DNA from: Hydrolagus affinis | Taxonomy: Eukaryota | Assembly: GCA_012026655.1 (NCBI GenBank) | Contig: JAAILG010000618.1 | Coordinates: 1-64,000, forward strand | Direction of reading: 5' to 3' | Length of the DNA stretch: 64,000 bases | Part shown: positions 1 through 12,145 of the stretch, piece after piece | Position numbering within the stretch: position 1 is the stretch's first letter | How the letters are laid out: each line of letters starts with the position of its first letter | Notes under the pieces: model-generated | What the model was told of the DNA's origin: nothing | Seen by the model: only the letters and a program-made list of their open reading frames with translations | The model's database searches: none | Made by a program: the position numbers and the translations under genes

Positions 1-121
1 TGTAAATTATAAATACATATAGTGGCATGTTTAGCATTTAAATATTCTCAGACTCCAACAGAAAATTATGTATTTTCTCAGTATTCAAATTTCATTTGCT
101 TTTTCTATTTCTTTGAAGGGT

Positions 122-560
122 CATTCTGGTTTATAGCACTCTCGCTACCGAGTCAGAAGATTGTAGGTTCAAATCCACATGTCAGGACTTGAGGTCATTG
201 TGTCAGCTGATACTCTAGGGTAGTGTTGGGAGAGCGATGCTTTGTTGAAAGAGTCATGCTTCGGATGAGACGATATACAAAGTTCCTGTCTGCCTGTTCA
301 GGTGGTTGTTAAAGATTTCATGGCACTATATGAAAAAAGAAGGAAGTTTCTTCTAATGTCCCAGTCAACAATCCTCCAGATAAAATTAATATTCACTTCT
401 TAGCAGTTTGTAGGAAATTGTTTTGCACAAATTAGTTACTACTTTGGCATACAAATAACACAGTCTCTGTACTTCACAATTAAAAATATCCAGTGAAGTA
501 CTTTGAGATGTTTTGACAATGTGATGAGATGTTATCAAATGCAAGGATAATTATTATTAT
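122..560 (+). mobile_element. Deu-domain tRNA-derived SINE (SacSINE1/AmnSINE-like), old full-length copy
   Basis: tRNA-like head (tagcactctcgc...gagtcagaag...ggttcaaatcc), Deu core (ttcggatgagacg...cctgtctgcctgttcaggtgg...aaagatttcatggcact) and tail atcaaatgcaagg(att)n. Confidence 0.75.
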
Positions 561-959
561 TTTTCTGTTTCGGAGCAAAACCTCCAGATTGTCCCTGATT
601 ATCTCATACTCATTCACCAATCTACACTTGCTCAGTGATGTGGTCTTTCTTGTACACAAAAAAAGGTAAGATAGGAAAGCTCAAGGGGAGATTAAAGGCT
701 TCCTGTGAAATAATATCAGTAATACTCCAGGAATGATTATGAATAATTCATCACTGATCAATAACTTGGCAGCCAGCGCTATACAGTTACAGAACCACAA
801 AATAAGTGGTTTAATACATAAAGGACATAAGCAGTTAAAATATTTATGACATTAATAAAAATACACAGTTGATACAAAATACAGTCTTCTGACAATGGTA
901 AATTCTGTGGTACACTTTGAGATGTTTCTTTGACGTGATAAGGCATCCCAAACATCTTA

Positions 960-1250
960 ACACAGCTGACTGGAGGCTACAATTCAAGGTGGGACAGAGC
1001 TGAGGAAGGTTGGGATGGTGGAGAGAAGGTGATCAATAGTGCAATCAAAGAAAAAAAGGCAGGTCAGTGAGGAGCAAGGTGGAGGGATTCAAGAATGGAG
1101 TTCCAGAGAATGGGGGGAAATTGCTGAAAGCTTAACTTCTGATAGTGGGAGATCGAGCAAGAAATCTGAAGCAGGCTGGTGTTCGCTGAACAGAGGATGG
1201 GGCCAGGTTGGAAGGGCTACAAGTGATTATATTCAGCAATAAAATTCCAG
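960..1250 (-). mobile_element. Degenerate L2 LINE 3' fragment
   Basis: Purine-rich segment (gaatggagttccagaga...gaagcaggct) resembling the reverse complement of the L2 3' region at 7400-7560. Confidence 0.45.
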
Positions 1251-2819
1251 GAGAGAGAGACTGTCCTTGACAAATAATCCATTAAGCAAAACAGTGATTG
1301 AAAACTGGAAATTTCTAATCTTAGTTTCATCCGAATCTGGCAAGTTTGTCAGAAAAGTGTAACTATTATAGTTACACTTGAAGTCGATCCCTTCAGAAAC
1401 AGGTTGTCAGTGGAGCCTAGCAAGAATTTGAATCAGTTACAAAATTATTTATCTAATCAAAATAATCAGCCAGTAAATACACCCAGCAAATTGGCTGTCA
1501 CATTCGCCTGCAAACACAGTCACTACATTTTACAATAAATCATGTGAAGCACTCTGAGATGTTTTGACAATATAAGGGTGCCATATATATTTTTTTGATC
1601 AGCCAGGTGTCCGACAAATGCAGAAGCCAATCACCTTGCCCAAAATGAACGAATACAAAATGACCGATCACGCTTGCTCAGTGACCAAAATCCAATCTGA
1701 CTACTTTTCCTACCTCTTCACTCCCTGATGATTTAGAGATTGATCCAAGTCCTTTTGAATTTTGAAGTAAATTATTATTCATTATGCCAATCAACTATTT
1801 TTTCCAGATTGTCAATGAGTAGAATTGGGAGGACAGTATGTCTTCAATTCGTGTTGGTTTCTTTCGCTTGTGATTTTCCTTGTCTGCATTTGTGAAAAAT
1901 GTCCCACTGCAGTCGCTATATTGATCTCATTTGTTACTGTAGACACTTGGATTGTGTTTCCTCTGCCCCCGCCGCCTCCGTCCCCTGGTCCCACCGCAAC
2001 TGAACTCATCAAGAGATTGGTAGCAAGGTGCCAACAATGATGTGGCTTGTGTTTGTGATCTTTCTGTTAAAGGTGAGAGGAGTGCTAAAAAGTATGATCT
2101 TTATTAGTCCTTTTTCTAACTAGAAAGTTCAATATTTTGAACTGTGTATGCAGTGGGGGGAGCAGTGTAATAATCCTGGGTTGAAGATGGCAGACATTTC
2201 AAACAGATCATTAAATTGATTTCTGTTCCCTGCACAAGGAAGAGAAAGCTGAGTCTGCAAAGATCCATGCAAATGTTAGATCATTTTCGTCTCTGTAGAA
2301 AGGCAAGACTATCCATCCATATTTCACATCCCTGTAGTGAGACTGTTTAGAAATCTTTAATGGTCTCCTGATGAATCAATGGCCTGAAATTCCTTCTGAT
2401 CTGTGGGTTTTAATTTATTATTAATAAATAATAATCCTTGCATTTGATTATCACATCTCAAAACACTTCACAGAATATTCTATCAAGTGAATTGACTGTA
2501 TTTTATGGGAGAGATGGGGTAGCCAATTACGCATAGCAATGTCCCACAAATAGTCGTGGATTGAGTGGACCAGTGTTTTTTAATAGATCATTACCCCCGG
2601 AAATGTGATCTGCATGCAGAAAACCATCATCGTGATTAAAAGTATGCATTCTACATATACATAATGGACAAAACTGTCCCTGGAGGGACACACTCTGCTT
2701 AGCAATACCAGCAATTAATTAGTTTGGGGAGAGGTTCGGAGACCTCATTGTGTGTGTGCGTGGGGTATTGATGGTTTACCATCAAGTCCCACATCTAGCA
2801 AACTTCCTACTGCTTATCT

Positions 2820-3010
2820 AGCTAGAACCACCATGCTCATCAGGCCTTTGTGTTGGAGAATTAACAGGAGCCGACTGCAAAGAAACCCTATCTCATGCGT
2901 CTGCCTTTCCAAGTCTTTTATTGGCAGTGCCCTGGAGTTTTGTAGACTCACCTGGCTCAGGAACTGGACTACTGAGACAGCTACAGCGGGATGATAATTC
3001 TGACGTTCCA
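2820..3010 (-). mobile_element. Copy of an unassigned repeat family (3' part of a non-LTR element)
   Basis: Shares ordered motifs ttaacaggag / ctgcc..tccaagtc / gcagtgccc / cacctggctcaggaac.ggactact with 19913-20080 and 30910-31120. Strand is inferred from the 19.9-20.6 kb copy. Confidence 0.55.
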
Positions 3011-3997
3011 TTGCTAAGAATGTCAACTTTGAGCCAACTCAGCCCCCAGGAAACCCCACTTTCATTTGTGTAAACCTAAAAGCTTCTTTATAGTGTACCT
3101 CTTCTGTCGACAGCAACACCCAGTTTTCATTGCTGTAATGAAAGGTATTTGCAGTCTGCCTCCAGAGTATTGGAGATGAAGCTTGGAAGTGCTTTTAATG
3201 TATCCTCCACAGGCGGCAGCAGCAGCAAAATCTAAATGCTCACAGCCACTACGAGCGTCTTTCTAGACTTTACTTTCTCTTTAAGTATTTCTACCACAAT
3301 GCAAAAGTAGACTTCCTCTCAATCGTGCTCCATCCTCTACTTTGTCTCCAGTCATTATCTAATTGGAGAATATAAATCTAATGAGGAATATGGAGAACAC
3401 ATTGGAAGTGCATATGTGCAGTTACAATAAGTATTAGATAGAATCGGTAGCAAATAGGATCAGACATAGGGGTTAAAAGAATGCTGGCCAGGAAAACAGT
3501 GTAATGACATTTTACGCTAGAAAAAACACTCAGGGCATAAATATTCCTGCTGAAAACTCCCCCGCACCTTCAAGCACTCCACTCCAGCTATACCACAATG
3601 CCTGGTGATTGGCTCCAATCTGGATCTCTGGAGCAATGTTTCACGAAGGAAGCATGAGGTAAATGGGGATTCCATGCTGAGTAATGTTAGGCTTTTACAT
3701 TCCTGAGTCAGATGTTTAGTTTTAGTGAAGGACAAGCGTCCCAGTCCAATAACTTTCTGACTCTCCAGCTTCACGCATGAAGATTACCACTTGTGCTCCC
3801 ACTCACTGCTTCGGTGAGCAGCCAGCAATTTGCAATGCTGTCCCGACATGAAAGGCACAGTATAAATGTAAATTGTAGCGTGTAATTATACTGTAATGGG
3901 CTGCCATCGAGCCATGCCATGATACAATATAATACACATTTCCATTTGTAAATGGAAATTTGCAAGAAGAACAATTGGGAGTTGTTTTTTGGTAGTG

Positions 3998-4098
3998 CAG
4001 TCAGTTAATTAATCAAGTCAGTCAGGCAATCTATCAATCAGTCAGTCTGCCAGTCAATCCATCAGTCAATCAATCTGTTGTTTAATCAGTCAGTCAGT
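3998..4098 (+). repeat. Degenerate (AGTC)n/(AATC)n tetranucleotide microsatellite
   Basis: cagtcagtt...agtcagtcaggcaatctatcaatcagtcagtc...cagtcaatcaatc...cagtcagtcagtc. Confidence 0.7.
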
Positions 4099-4929
4099 CC
4101 ACTGCTTATTTGCCATCCCGGTTGCCATGCCTCCTGCCTGACCAGTTTCTGTGGTGTGTACGTCAAAACATTTAAGCCACGATGGATGCAGGTCATTCCA
4201 AATGAAGCATAAAATCCATTCATTTAAGTAATGTAAGTACATTTGCATAATTATATTAGCTTAACTTGTTCTATAGAGAAAATAGTCAATTTAGCCACGA
4301 GGCATTAGAACCAGTGATTTGGTGTAATGAGAATTAATGGTGTTCATCCCTTCAAATTCACCCAGTAACTCAATAATCAAATCAGTGCCAATTTAGCCCA
4401 TTTAGTGAATTTCCTCAGTGCCCCTTGTTATCTGAAAAGATTTTCCTTCTTTCACACTTTCTGCCAACGTCTTCTTGACCCCAGCCTTGGCATCATATAA
4501 GTTTTAACTGAGTGTATAGAATCGAGATTGTTAGTGACCGGTTGTGTTAAAGCAGACCTTGCAGTAATTGATGTAAATCTGCGAGGACCTACCTAATGGG
4601 GAGAGATTTTCCAGCCCTGGATGAAAGCTGCTTGAAAGCAGATGCTCTTGCGGGATCAAGTGGTACTAAAGAGAATAATTGATCGTCCTTTTGTATTCCC
4701 TGGACAGTGATTGCTGTGGGTTTAAAAGAGCATTGAACCAGCAGTATTTCATCTGATTAATATTAAAAAGAAAGTGCAGTACCTTGAGAATCAAACTGAT
4801 CAACATTTTCACCTTTTACAGCCTATTGAGCTTCATCCTATAAAGGAACAGTTCATATAGCAGTTTTTACATCCTCTGAATAGCTGTATTTTAGTGTGTT
4901 GTAAAACGTCTTACGGTAACCTTGTGTGT

Positions 4930-5180
4930 CAACCTTGCTCAGATAATAGCATTCTCACCTCTAAGTCAGAAGGTTGTGACTTCAAATCCCATAGTGGCAC
5001 GTTGAACTCAAACAGTCCTAACCAGCAATCCTCCGCATAAAAATTAGTTGTTCACTTCATGTGTGTTTATGGGGCACAACTATGCACAACTATGTGTAAA
5101 TTGGCTGCCACATTCACTTAAAAGTTACAGTCATTACATTTTGCAGTTTAGCCTGTAAAATTTGAGCATCCTCCTGATAA
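4930..5180 (+). mobile_element. Deu-type SINE with an internal deletion
   Basis: Head gctcagataatagcattctcacctctaagtcagaaggttgtg...ttcaaatccc and tail aaattggctgccacatt. Confidence 0.6.
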
Positions 5181-5907
5181 CAACAATAACAACTTGGATT
5201 TATACGTCAGACAGCGTCTCAGAGTGTTTCACAATGACGGATCCCGGGGCCAAGCCAGGGGGGGAAAAAGGTGACCAAAAGTACGGTTGAAAAAAATATG
5301 AATATAGTCTATCACATGTAAGGATTATTATTATTATTATTATGATGATCCAATTACTGCAAACAGGTTTTAGCCAGGAAACAACAACAACAAAATTACA
5401 TTTATAGAGCACCTTACACATTCTTTTGTACCCCCAACCAAACTATGAGTGAAATGTATAATTGCAATGTACTCTTGCTGGTAGAACTTGCTTGTTGGTG
5501 GATAGATTAGTGATTCTGGCTGGGGAGGATTCTGAACTTTAATAACTATCATTCATAGAATACTTTCAGTGATCATCATTCACATTCTTAATTAAATTTT
5601 TTGCCTCTGAGAATCCCATTATTCTTATTATTCTCCTGTTTTCCCTTTTCCACCATTGCCTTCCCTAATACACCCTTTTAATACTTATCATAAGTATTTC
5701 AGGGTTTAGTAATGTACATTCACAAACCAGATTTGCTGTTTAAATTGAAACTTCCGGTTTGTGAACATCAATTATGTGAATTTTGTCTACAAAGAAAAAC
5801 ACAAACTCATTACACATCATGGTGAATCCTGTGAAGGGCTTTAAAATGGTCGCCTGACATGAAAGGTGAATGTCAAATGCAATGATAATAATCCTTGCAT
5901 TTGATAT

Positions 5908-6216
5908 AATAATAATCCTTGCATTTGATATAGCACGTCTTGTAGACTTCTCAAAGCGATTCACAGAATATACTGTAAAGTGAATTGACTGTATATTTGT
6001 GGGCGAAAGTGCAGCAGCCAATTGTGCACAGCAGTGTACCACAAACAATCGTGGATTGAATTGACTAATTTTATTATTGATTATTTTATGGAGGGATTCT
6101 TATTAGGCATGTGGAGTAAGGAAACTTGCCCAAGGTTTCGCCCTGACCTGCCTGGATTTGAACACGGGTCTCACGCTTGTAAGGCGAGTGCTCTAACCAC
6201 TTAGCTACAGGACTCC
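5908..6216 (-). mobile_element. Young tRNA-derived SINE (SINE2-1_CM-like), full length, inserted into the tail of an older SINE
   Basis: The reverse complement reads ggagtcctgtagctaagtggttagagcactcgcc...gtgttcaaatccagg (A/B boxes), then body aaaccttgggcaagtttccttactcc and tail atatcaaatgcaagg(att)n. Older SINE tail sequence lies on both sides (5886-5907 and 6217-6310). Confidence 0.85.
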
Positions 6217-6619
6217 ATATAGCACCATATCACATAATTGAGGCATCTCAAAGCGCTTCGTTGTATATACTGTAAAGTGAATTGACTGTATATTTTGTGG
6301 GTGAAATGCATGGATTCCTGTATTTATGTTGCTTCAGTTAACATCATTTCCCAGCACAAAATACTTAAAAAGGGCATTGTAAGCATTACTAGTGTCATGC
6401 ACCAGAAGTATTCTAAATGTCAAATATATTTAATACATATAATAGTAATATCTGAGCGAAGGTTCAGTGGAAATAGATTGAAACTTGTATAAGGTCATGT
6501 AAAAAATAATTAATTTATTGAGTATTGACCAAGTAATCATTATGAAGACTTAATAATAATCCTTTATTTGGAATAGAGCTTTTCAGGTCTTCTAGACATC
6601 TCAAATGACTTCATTTATC

Positions 6620-7678
6620 ATTCACAATGTCTGTTTCCCTCCTCTTCAATGTCTATATGCTCCCAATTGGTGACATCATGCACAGACATGTGGTCGACTT
6701 CCACATGTACCTGGATGACACTTGACTGTATTTCTTTGTCTGCACCCTTGACTCCAGGACTACTGCCGTCCTGACAGAATGTCTGACAGACATCAAGTCT
6801 TGGATGAGAGCTAACTTTCTTCTGTTGAATGTCAACAAATCTGAGGCCCTCCTGATTGGCTCCCATCAACACCTCCACACCTCAGGCACTGATAGTATCA
6901 CCATCTTAGGATACACACTCCACCTTACTGAGCCAGTCTGGAACATTGTCATCTTGTTTGACCCTCAACTAGCCTTTCTACCCCAGATCTATACCATGAC
7001 CTGCTCTGTCTTCCTCTACGTCTGCAGCATTGCCAAGCTCTGCCACTGTCTCTTACCGCAGGACGTCGAAACTTTCATACACATATTCATACACATCCAG
7101 GTTTGACTACACAAACTCCCTGCTTGTTCGCCTTCCCAACTCCTTCTCCATAGGCTGCAGATCATCCAGAACTCTGCAGCCCGTGTCTTCTCCCGCACCA
7201 GGCTCTGTGACCATATCACCCCCGTCCTTGCCCAACTTCACTGGCTTCCCATCACACAGAGGATACAGTTCCAAAACCTGATCCTCACCTTCAAAGACCT
7301 CCATGGCATTGCTCCTCCCTACCTCTGCGACCTCCTAACCCCCTATCAACCCGCCCGCTCCCTTCGCTTAGCGGGCTCCGGATTGCTTCACATTCCCTAC
7401 CTAGCCCGCTCCACCTTTGGCGGATGAGCCTTCAGCTACTCTGCCTTAACCCTCTGGAACTTCATCCTGCAGTCCCTCTGCCAGACCCCCTCCCTTGCCT
7501 CCTTCAAGACCCACCTCAAGAACCTACTCTTTGACTGTGCCTTCACTTACCCTCCTCCCACTGCCCTCCACCCTCACCGATCCCAATTCAGGTCCAAAAC
7601 ACTGACTGTCCAGTGCCTTAGGACTTCCTCCTGATATGAAAGGCTCTATATACAGTATATGTAATTTTGTTGTTGTTC
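6620..7678 (+). mobile_element. 5'-truncated L2 LINE (RT C-terminal half plus 3' UTR)
   Basis: Translates LFNVYMLPIGDIMHRHVVDFHMYLDDT (YADD-like RT motif), then WMRANFLLLNVNKSEALLIG, SRFDYTNSLL and LHWLP. Ends with the stem-loop tail ggacttcctcctgatatgaaaggctctata...(gtt)n. Frameshifted. Confidence 0.9.
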
Positions 7679-9481
7679 CTTGTTGCTGCTTCAGTTTTGC
7701 TCTGCGTTCCAATATGTGTTGTACATCTACAAGATCACAGGGTTAGTTTGGATGAATAAGACCCTTCAGCCAATTTGACCTCATCCTTCCAGAATATAAA
7801 ATATACAGTAACTATACTTTACAATAAATCCTTTGAAGTTCAATTGAATTGTCCTCCAGAAGCGAGAGAGCTGCTTCCTGAGCTAGACTGATATACAAGC
7901 CATATGGACGTCTGCTTGGGGATCCTTCTACTACTTGCTTCCACAAGATAATCCTTCAGAGCCAACTCTGAAATCCAAGCTGCCCCAAACCCCTTCCAAA
8001 CATTAGTAAATGATATATTCTTAGGCTTAGGGTGAATTGATATATTCTTAATAGGTAGCTGGAGATCACTGCCTCACTGTCACCAGGTATTATTATCACA
8101 CAGAATAGTAAGTTTGGTAAAGCATTATTAAGACTGGTTTTATTTTGCAATCACAAAGTCCAGGCTATATGAAAAGCATTTGCTTTTACACGCCTCTGAA
8201 TCTCAGCAGATGACATTTTACGCACACGTCAACATCTTTTCACCACTTAAATGTGCTATTCAAGATGCTCGTGCAGTGCCCATTAGAATTGTTGGAATAC
8301 TATCTCGTAACACCCTGAACACACAATGTACTGATATACAATTGTCAGTGAAATAACAACAACAACTTTGATTTATAGAGTGCTCTCCACGCCGGACGGC
8401 GGAGCTGACTGTCCGCAGGGCACTGCAGGACTTGATGATGTCAGCGGGAACCTGGAATTGACCTTGAGCTGCTATGCTATAACCCGTTATAACAAGAGTC
8501 TTGTATATTAATGACTTGTGTTCTAATGGAGCTGGACTAAATCAGCCTGAGTTCACAACCTGTTAGTGACTCAATGGCTACCTTTTGACAAAACCCTTTT
8601 TAAAGCTGCGTCTTTTTGATGACTCACTTTCCTCTGTTGTGTAACCAGGTGTCACTGCTTCCTCCCTGAATCGTTAGCCTATTTTTCCTTTCTGGCGGGT
8701 GTAGGTTGGTGGTGTAATCCCACCATTTCTGGTAGAATATTGCTCCTATTCTCAAGTGTAGTTCATTCCAGGCTTATCATAAACCGCCAGACAACAGTGT
8801 GTACATTTCTCTTGCAGTGGGATCAGAGAAGGCTTTATAATCTGCAGCCTCCTCAAGTCCAGTAATTAAAACCTTGGTGTTCTGAACCATTCTGTTTAGA
8901 GCCTCTGTAATAGGAGACATATTTGAAAAAAAAATCAATTTTCACTAAACCCGCAAGTAATGCATAGAATAAAACCATCATGAAGCTGACATCGGCAAAA
9001 CCTGCAAGAGAATTGTAAATTAGAAATGGTTGCATTGATTGGCTCTGTCATTTTCGCTATGTCAACATTTAATGCCAAGAAATATTTTTCCAAAGGATTT
9101 ATTACTGCTATCAGAAACTTGAATATTAATGGAAACTATAGATTGCATCTCTTTTATGTTACTGTATTTTCCAAAAGTTATAATAGGGTTGTACATCACT
9201 GTGTGCTTCAACATTAGTACCTCTGAGCCTTCGAGGCTACATCAACCAATAGGCCTCTTTAATCATCTCTGCTGTGGTCAGAATGATGTAGATATTTGTG
9301 CTTTACCTGTGCATCAATATTTGAAATATCTCTAAAAAAAACAACACTGCAAATATTATGCGTTTTGCTGGATGAATTCAGTAAATGAATGGAGAGGCTT
9401 TTCAGGAGTAATTGTGGTTATATTTTTCATTAGTTTGTGAAGCTTGTCCGATTTATTAATGTTTATAAATTCAGTCAGAGT

Positions 9482-9850
9482 GCCTCAGTTGGCTGTGCTC
9501 TTTACCCATGATGGGACGTAAGCTTGTGGTCGAGGCTGCTGCTGGGGAGATTTGCCACTTTGCTTAAGGTGCCATTTTTTGAGGACCTGTCTGCCTACCT
9601 TCAGTTGAATGTTAACGAATCCTTCAGCTATATTGAAAGAGTAGGGAGATTCTCCCAATGTCTTGGCTGGCAACCTTCCAGATTAATTGGTCATTCACCT
9701 CATGGCTGTTTGTGGAACCTTACCGGTGCAAATGACTGTCGCATTTGGCCAGCAAATAGACAGTCATTACACTTGACACCAATTATCTGTGAAACACCTT
9801 TGAGGTATTTCAAAGTGATGCAGTCGAGGAAAATACAAGTTCTTTCTTAT
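9482..9850 (+). mobile_element. Degenerate Deu-type SINE
   Basis: gcctcagttgg...ggtgcc...ctgtctgcc...ggtcattcacctcatggctgtttgtgg...tgtgaaacacctttgagg. Confidence 0.55.
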
Positions 9851-10944
9851 AACAGTAGGCAAGTGACTTGTGTTAATGTGCACAGGAGTGAATTATAGAA
9901 CAAAAGAAAGAGAAGTCGAAAATGAGCATCAGCTACTTGGGTAATAAGGAGGTGTTTAAGTCTGTTGAAGTCTGAAGTCTGCTCAATGCTCAATAATAAT
10001 CCCGGCTTTTGTAATAGGCTTTACCACATTGTTGAGACATCTCAAACAGCTTCACAGGTATCACTCTAAAGTGTAGTGATTATAATTTATAGGCAAATGC
10101 GGCAGCCAATTTGGGCACAGTAATGTCGCAACAGTCAACTAAGAAGTGAATGACTCAATTTTTTGGCCAGGTTGCTAAGAAATTATTTTCTCTTCCAGCC
10201 GGCTCACCCACAAAATATACAATTAATTTTTACAGTATATTCTGTGAAGCGCTTTGATACGTTCTTGAATACATAATAAGGCGCTATATCAAAAGCAAGG
10301 ATCAATATTATTATATCCTTCCAGGTAACTAGTTCCTTCTGTTGGTTACCCTCTGAGTGAAGAAATACATCCTTTTTTCTGTCCTAAAATTATCCTGCGT
10401 TCTGTTGATCAAACATATCCTGTGCCAATGCGGCTGAGCAGCACACCAGTGCAATTACAAAAAGGCCATGCTGTCCCTTCAGCAAAAGTACCTAATATTC
10501 GATTTCTCTGTTAATCTCTGCAAATAACTCTCAGCTGCTTGCTGTAAAGATACCCTACAAATTGCAAAATTGTCAAAATGCCACAAGAGGTAAACTAAGA
10601 TTAAACTGATCAACTGGCTCTCAGCAATGAACTAGATTAATAATTACCTGCAGCTTTCTTCAGCGGTATAATTCTAATAAGACAATGCAACCCAAAGACA
10701 TTATCAAGTATATGAAAATATTTAAATTACAAGTGGGAGACAGACCAGAATTTCAAGGAAGTTATTAACTATTACACATAAACATGATTTGCTCTCATTG
10801 ACCATGAAATGAACAGTTATAGCCTACAGTGGTAACTTTAATAGTATTAACAATTATGCTGAAGACATATCCATAATCGGTCTGTAATCAATTTTTCAAA
10901 ACGTATATATTTTCAATATTATTTTTCTGGTGCAATTTTTGCTG

Positions 10945-11042
10945 CTGTACTTTGCATGGTATCATTCCTGCATTGTATCATTCATGCAATGTCATTAACT
11001 GCATTGTGCTTTCCACTGTATCATTGACTGCATTGTTCCTTG
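10945..11042 (+). repeat. Degenerate minisatellite (tgcattgtatcatt-like unit), interrupted by a MITE and a CR1 fragment
   Basis: Repeated tgcattg/tatcatt motifs, which resume at 11812-11860 and 12150-12168. Confidence 0.5.
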
Positions 11043-11044
11043 TA

Positions 11045-11809
11045 CAGTAAAATCTTTGTTATCCGGCACCCTCGGGACCGATTAATCAAATATGCCGGAC
11101 ATTCGAGTGGCTAGTTGCCGAAAATCCCAACAACAAAAAATTAACTTATTTTAAAACATACCATATTAATAATAGACTAAATAATAACAGAATATTGTAC
11201 GGATACTTACCAATGAAGCATTCCAGCACACTCGGTAAACTGATCGGTAAAAAAGCATTCCAGCGTTTGGTAAGCAGGAACGGCGCAAGGGTATTTGGCT
11301 CCCTAGGCGAGCCTTCAGATGTGCGCCCCCTAGTAACTTTTGATAAGCTAATGTTAATACTAAAAATTCAAATAATTAATTATCAATGAAAGTAATGGTA
11401 ATAGTTATACATTTATTTATTTATGAAACATACTTCTATTTTATTTAAGTATTAAGTATTCTCGAGTCAACTTGCTGCTACCTCCCGCGCCTCCGCCACT
11501 ATACGCCAGCAGACGACAGCAGTCATTTTCGCTGCATGTGGCAAACCGTACGTGCTCTGTATCCAGGGCCAGCACACCCCAAATTTTGGCGCCCGAGACA
11601 ATCGCCTAGTTCGCCTAAAGGTAGCGCCAGCCCTGGCAGTAAGTTCAATAAGTGCACATGCACACGCATTGCACGTATGCGCAAAGTGAGCATACAGCGA
11701 ATGTCTTGGATGGCTACGATCTGGTTGCTGGAATGGTGAATTGTATTGGGAGAAACCGGTTGGTTGAGTATGCTGGTTGGTTGGATACCGGATAAACAAG
11801 GTTTTACTG
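11045..11809. mobile_element. Tc1/mariner (pogo/Tigger-like) MITE
   Basis: Left TIR cagtaaaatctttgttatccgg versus the reverse complement of the right end, cagtaaaaccttgtttatccgg. TA flanks both ends (11043-44, 11810-11). Confidence 0.85.
11275..11635. mobile_element. hAT-like MITE nested inside the Tigger-like MITE
   Basis: Ends are caggaacggcgc and gcgccagccctg (reverse complement cagggctggcgc), with inner inverted ctaggcga/tcgcctag. Imperfect 8-bp TSD: ttggtaag / gcagtaag. Confidence 0.6.
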
Positions 11810-11862
11810 TACTATGCTGCACTTTGCATTGAATCATTAACTTCACTATTATGCACTGTATC

Positions 11863-12145
11863 GGATGATACTAAACTAGGTAGGAGAGTCAGCTGTGAGG
11901 ATGATGCAATAAGATTGTAACGGGATATAGGTAGGCTAGGGGAGTGAGCAAATAGGTGGCAGATGGAATTTAATGTGGAGAAGTGTGAAATTATTCACCT
12001 AGGTAACAAAAAAAATGGATTATTTTCTAGAGGGGGAAAAGTTAGACAGTGTTAGTGTACAAGGGGATTTGGGTGTCCTTGTACACCAGTCTCAAAAAGT
12101 TAGTTTGCAGGTGCAACAAGCAACTAGGAAGGCAAACAGCATGCT
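11863..12145 (+). mobile_element. CR1 LINE RT fragment
   Basis: DDTKLGRRVSCEDDAIRL*RDIGRLGE*ANRWQMEFNVEKCEIIHLG...DLGVLVHQSQKVSLQVQQATRKAN, a typical CR1 ORF2 segment with stops. Confidence 0.9.

Noticed and set aside
1812-2040. GC-rich proline/glycine ORFs on both strands
   Set aside because: A short low-complexity patch with no convincing splice sites or homology.
3212-3266. Acceptor-like tcctccacag followed by the short frame AAAAAKSKCSQPLRASF*
   Set aside because: It does not fit the expected ACL4-like penultimate exon, it stops early, and no donor is present.
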